Positions 60,282 through 64,000 of a stretch of DNA of 64,000 nucleotides are shown piece after piece; position 1 is the first letter of the stretch; the number at the start of each line of letters is the position of its first letter. Source of the DNA: an uncultured Leptospirales bacterium (GTDB taxonomy: Bacteria; Spirochaetota; UBA4802; UBA5550). The notes under the pieces are model-generated. The model searched no databases, was not told the origin of the DNA, and saw only the letters and a program-made list of their open reading frames with translations. The position numbers and the translations under genes are program-made. The stretch spans positions 4,420 through 68,419 of the forward strand of contig CAZYPA010000001.1 of NCBI GenBank assembly GCA_964649175.1, in the 5' to 3' direction.

Positions 60282-61553
60282 ATGTACAATAAAATTTTAT
60301 CCAAATATATAAATAATGAGTTAAGAACCGATTTTTTATCTTTTGATCTTATACATGTTGAAGAGCTTCTTAAAAAGCTGAATAATCCTCATCATTCTTT
60401 TAAATCTGTACATATTGCCGGAACCAATGGGAAAGGGACTACCTCATCTTTTATAGCATCAGCGCTTTATTTATCCGGGTATAAAACCGGGCTTTACACC
60501 TCCCCTCACCTGATTAAATTAAATGAGCGGATAAAAATAAATAACAGGGAAATATCTGATGATAGGATATACAGGTACGCCTCAAAAATTGATGATATTA
60601 TCACAGGAAACCCGGAGCTTAAACCTACATATTTTGATATTCTCACAGCAATAGCTTTTTTGCATTTTGCTGATGAAAACATTGATATTGCTGTGATTGA
60701 AACAGGATTAGGCGGCAGACTTGATTCAACCAATATTCTTATGCCCCTTGTGTCTGTTATTACAGAAATATCAATTGATCACACTTCTGTGCTTGGTAAT
60801 ACAATTGAGCTCATTGCTGAAGAAAAGGCAGGAATTATTAAAAACAATATTCCTGTAATCAGCTCCTGCTCTTCAAAGCAGGCAGTTGATATTATATCAA
60901 AAACAGCTTTAAATTCTGGTTCTATTCATTATGCGCTTTCAAAAGATTTCAAATATTCAAATGTAAAGGATATTGACTCAGGTTATACCTTTGATTATTT
61001 TCCTCCAAAACCCTGGGAGCCAATAAAGAATTTACATATTTCTATCCGGCCTGAACATCATGTGAAAAATGCCTCAGCAGCTGCTACTGCGCTTTTGCTT
61101 CTTAAAGATAATGGTTTCCCCAGAATATCAGTCAATTCAATTGTTACTGCATTTGCACAGGTTACTCTAAAGGGAAGATTTCAGGTTTTACAAAACAATC
61201 CTTTTATACTTTTTGATGCAGCACATAATTATGATGCCTTGAATAATCTTTTAACAGCTGTTAAAAAATATTATCAAAATAGAAAACTTCATATTATTCT
61301 TTCAATCATGGCAGATAAAATAACTCCTCAGATAAAAGAATTGCTTTATCAGCATAAAGATTTAATACTTTACTTTAAATTTACAGATGAAAGAATATAT
61401 ATTCCTGAACATGGTGAGTTTAATATAATTACTTCAGATATAAAAAGAGTAAAAGAATTTGTTTTTTCTGAGGCTGATGAAGACCCTGTAAATTTGTTCA
61501 CAGGAACCTTCAGGCTCTATAAACATATTCTTGATTTGATTGATGATAAATAA
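60282..61553 (+). CDS. folC: bifunctional folylpolyglutamate synthase/dihydrofolate synthase FolC
   Basis: P-loop HIAGTNGKGTTSSF and Mur-ligase family domains. The ORF track starts at 60210, but that N-extension is hydrophobic low-complexity. The ATG at 60282 gives a typical FolC N-terminus. Confidence 0.8.
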   Translation: MYNKILSKYINNELRTDFLSFDLIHVEELLKKLNNPHHSFKSVHIAGTNGKGTTSSFIASALYLSGYKTGLYTSPHLIKLNERIKINNREISDDRIYRYASKIDDIITGNPELKPTYFDILTAIAFLHFADENIDIAVIETGLGGRLDSTNILMPLVSVITEISIDHTSVLGNTIELIAEEKAGIIKNNIPVISSCSSKQAVDIISKTALNSGSIHYALSKDFKYSNVKDIDSGYTFDYFPPKPWEPIKNLHISIRPEHHVKNASAAATALLLLKDNGFPRISVNSIVTAFAQVTLKGRFQVLQNNPFILFDAAHNYDALNNLLTAVKKYYQNRKLHIILSIMADKITPQIKELLYQHKDLILYFKFTDERIYIPEHGEFNIITSDIKRVKEFVFSEADEDPVNLFTGTFRLYKHILDLIDDK

Positions 61554-62502
61554 AATGGACCCGGAAATGGTAAAAGATGAAATTAATATTTTGAAACGAG
61601 CTCTAGAGGCACGGGATCTTTTCAACAATAATGACGTCACTATTTTAGAGGCTTCACAAAATTTAAGGGAACTGATACAGGAAAGGGATTCTTTATTATC
61701 AAATGAAAAGCTCCCTGCTGAAAAATACACTCATCTTAAAAGCATGTTTGTTGTGTACAACAATGCAAATTTTTCTGATGCAACTCTCCTGATAAATATT
61801 TCTGAAATCAGTTATGAAATAATCAATTTTGCTGGCAATGATGATCTTCTAAATAATATATATAATTTAATGGATCAGGATAGATTTTTCTATAAGACTC
61901 TTGAGCAATTAAATATTGGCGGCAAGACATACCGATTATTACATGAATCCATGAATACTGATGAAGGAACCTATTCTGTTATAACTTTATCTGAGTCTCC
62001 TTTTATGAGAGGAAGCAGCTTTCACATTTTTTGTGATATTATTATGGACCTAATAAAAATGAACAGCTATTCTTCGCAGCCAATACATTATGATTTTTTT
62101 GAAGAACTTTCTGTAGAAATAAACAGTTACCTTTCTAAAAATATAGCCCCTGGGGAAGTGAAGGCCTGTATTTTTAATTTTAGACATATTGGTCATTTTT
62201 TTAAAAATATGGGATTTTCTCTTATCCTTGAGCTATCATCAGATATTGAAAAAAAACTTGCTTCTTTGTTTAGTGTTAATTCCAGTATATTCAGAATTTC
62301 TCTATCAATGTTTTTAGTAATTAACAAGGGTGAGATTCAGGAAAATACAATGTTTGAAGAATGTTGCAAAGGTAAAATTGACTTCAATATCAGGGGGATT
62401 ATACTGCCCTATACATGTACATATATTGATTGTGAAAGAGAAACAAGTTCCTATACAGTTCTTCAGAAAATATTAGCTACAAAGGAATTTAAAAATTATT
62501 AA
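61540..62502 (+). CDS. hypothetical protein
   Basis: 320 aa ORF overlapping the folC stop by 14 nt. No recognisable motifs. Confidence 0.3.
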   Translation: MMINKMDPEMVKDEINILKRALEARDLFNNNDVTILEASQNLRELIQERDSLLSNEKLPAEKYTHLKSMFVVYNNANFSDATLLINISEISYEIINFAGNDDLLNNIYNLMDQDRFFYKTLEQLNIGGKTYRLLHESMNTDEGTYSVITLSESPFMRGSSFHIFCDIIMDLIKMNSYSSQPIHYDFFEELSVEINSYLSKNIAPGEVKACIFNFRHIGHFFKNMGFSLILELSSDIEKKLASLFSVNSSIFRISLSMFLVINKGEIQENTMFEECCKGKIDFNIRGIILPYTCTYIDCERETSSYTVLQKILATKEFKNY

Positions 62503-62516
62503 ATTTCAGTTAACAT

Positions 62517-64000
62517 TCAGGATTCAGTTTCAAGTCCCTGCTGTTCTTTTTTTTTGTTTATTATATTGGCATAGTCTTTGATCTTCTCAATTTCAATCCC
62601 AATATAGTTGTCATTATTTTTGTTGATAATTTTATTTTTTAATAAAAATTTAGTCCCCTCTGAAGCAATCTGCCTGCTGCTTTTGTTGAGTGGCAGATAA
62701 TTTTTTTCAAGATAATCATCTATATGTCTTTTAAGTTTTCCCTGGCTAACTGAAAAATTTTTTTCAGAAAGAATGGCACATATTACATGGTGAGGAAGAA
62801 TGATTTCATCTCTTACCCAGATATTTTGTATAAGTTCAGGTATGGATGTAAATGCCAGGGACTGCCGTGTAAAATCAGAAAGAAAAAGAGGCATGGAAAA
62901 ATGAAGGTGCATCTGCTCTGTAAAGATTTCATTTGTTTCTGATTCTTTTACTTTGTTTCTATAAAGTATTTCAGATGGTATAAGAACTATTTCTGTTGCT
63001 TCCTGATACATTACTTCATGAAGCAGCTGGAAAAAGTTTTCACTTAAATCGCTTATTTGTGAATTTTTTTCAGGTTCCAGTTCAGGGAAGTATAATACTG
63101 GCACTCCATTACGAATTAAAGTTGAAAGGTACTGAATTATACATTGTTTATAAACAATATTATCAAGTTTACTTCTATTGATTATAAATCCGCCGCTATT
63201 GCGAATAAAAAACTTTTCAAGTTTTCCATTTATAGCATCGCTTGAAATAAAATACCTGGGTACAGGAAGTTTACTTTTTTTAATAGCAAAAATATAGTGA
63301 ATGCTATCCAGTATATTTTTATATCGTGCAACGTATATAATATTAACATTGTTTTCTATTCTAAGAATATCCTCTATATCCCCTGTGATTGAAAGGGAAT
63401 TCTTGTTTCCCTTTAGTTTTTTCCAAAAGTATTTGAAAGAAAGAAGTTTAAAGAATATATTTTTAAAATAAATATTGTGATGATCAATAATTTCATTGAG
63501 ATATATGGTGATAATTTTTTTAAGTAGTTTTTCGTAATTAGTGGGTTTTAATTCCTTAATCAGATTAAGTTCATCTTTGTAAAATTCATGATCTATATTG
63601 TTATCTATTTCAATAAAGCTTTTAAGATTATTAATTACGTAGTCTATTTCAAGTTTATGTTCAGAGCTGTCAGGACCAATCTTTTCAATGATTTTATTTA
63701 TAATGAGTTTTTTAAATGTTTTTCCCCTGACACTTTCCAGCCCCTTTTGTTTTTCCTTAACATGAAGCTTTGTCTCTTTGTATATTTCATTATATTTTTT
63801 AGGATTTTTAATTGTTTCAATTAAAAGAGAAGGATCTTTTTTGTTTAAAAGTACCTCATAAAGAGACCTGTATACAGGTATTGATACTGAATGGCGATCT
63901 GCCAGATCCATCAATGGTTCAATAGCATAGGCTCCTTCAGCAAGGTAGCTTAAATTACGGCTTATTTTTTCTAGAACGTGTTCCGGTCTGAATCTAAGGT
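62517..64000 (-). CDS. hypothetical protein, 5'-partial (open to window end); weak resemblance to PlsB-type acyltransferase fold
   Basis: The reading frame stays open upstream of the annotated Met through position 64000, so the N-terminus lies outside the window. Segments FFIRN and LIPSEILY recall PlsB blocks, but the HxxxxD motif is not intact. Confidence 0.35.
   Translation of the reverse strand, partial: LRFRPEHVLEKISRNLSYLAEGAYAIEPLMDLADRHSVSIPVYRSLYEVLLNKKDPSLLIETIKNPKKYNEIYKETKLHVKEKQKGLESVRGKTFKKLIINKIIEKIGPDSSEHKLEIDYVINNLKSFIEIDNNIDHEFYKDELNLIKELKPTNYEKLLKKIITIYLNEIIDHHNIYFKNIFFKLLSFKYFWKKLKGNKNSLSITGDIEDILRIENNVNIIYVARYKNILDSIHYIFAIKKSKLPVPRYFISSDAINGKLEKFFIRNSGGFIINRSKLDNIVYKQCIIQYLSTLIRNGVPVLYFPELEPEKNSQISDLSENFFQLLHEVMYQEATEIVLIPSEILYRNKVKESETNEIFTEQMHLHFSMPLFLSDFTRQSLAFTSIPELIQNIWVRDEIILPHHVICAILSEKNFSVSQGKLKRHIDDYLEKNYLPLNKSSRQIASEGTKFLLKNKIINKNNDNYIGIEIEKIKDYANIINKKKEQQGLETES

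Noticed and set aside
1-64000. CRISPR arrays or other tandem direct repeats
   Set aside because: I found no regularly spaced repeat-spacer pattern on scanning the intergenic regions. The longest intergenic stretches (9451-9784, 11340-11927, 15088-15304, 45471-45629) are AT-rich promoter-like sequence without periodic repeats.

Overview
This is a 64 kb AT-rich (roughly one-third GC by eye) bacterial chromosomal window that is densely coding and mostly housekeeping. Calls in order:
- + strand: phoH (3' end), a 7TM-HD (PgpH-like) protein, ybeY, tilS, ftsH.
- - strand: recG, a small membrane protein, a MoeB/ThiF-type E1.
- Divergent: a hypothetical protein, a crotonase, then a tRNA-Thr/tRNA-Tyr pair with a bidirectional terminator.
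- + strand: TolC-like OMP, HlyD-like adaptor and a lone ABC ATPase (no permease), then a xerD-like recombinase, SpoIID/LytB, queA, Nif3, a COG1579 zinc-ribbon protein, a degenerate RNase H-like protein, recJ, a STAS protein and ispF.
- - strand: trkH and trkA, then a roughly 13 kb single-strand array argS-cinA-TPR-(Nox/CoADR-type flavoprotein)-gcvT-gcvH-gcvPA-gcvPB-lipA-(LipM/LplA-type ligase).
- + strand: CHASE2-adenylate cyclase, a divergent AsmA-like protein and a DedA protein, then a complete type II secretion cluster gspC-D-E-F-G-H-I-J-K-L-M-N.
- Immediately after gspN: an unusual ispH fused to a UbiA-like polytopic membrane domain.
- A - strand DAGK-type lipid kinase, then folC and two uncharacterised genes; the last runs off the window.
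I found no CRISPR array, rRNA or obvious mobile element. The most unusual items are the IspH::UbiA-like fusion, the glycine-cleavage/lipoylation supra-operon with a non-canonical flavoprotein in the position where an L-protein gene might be expected, the permease-less efflux cassette between the tRNA pair and xerD, and a catalytically degenerate RNase H-like protein.
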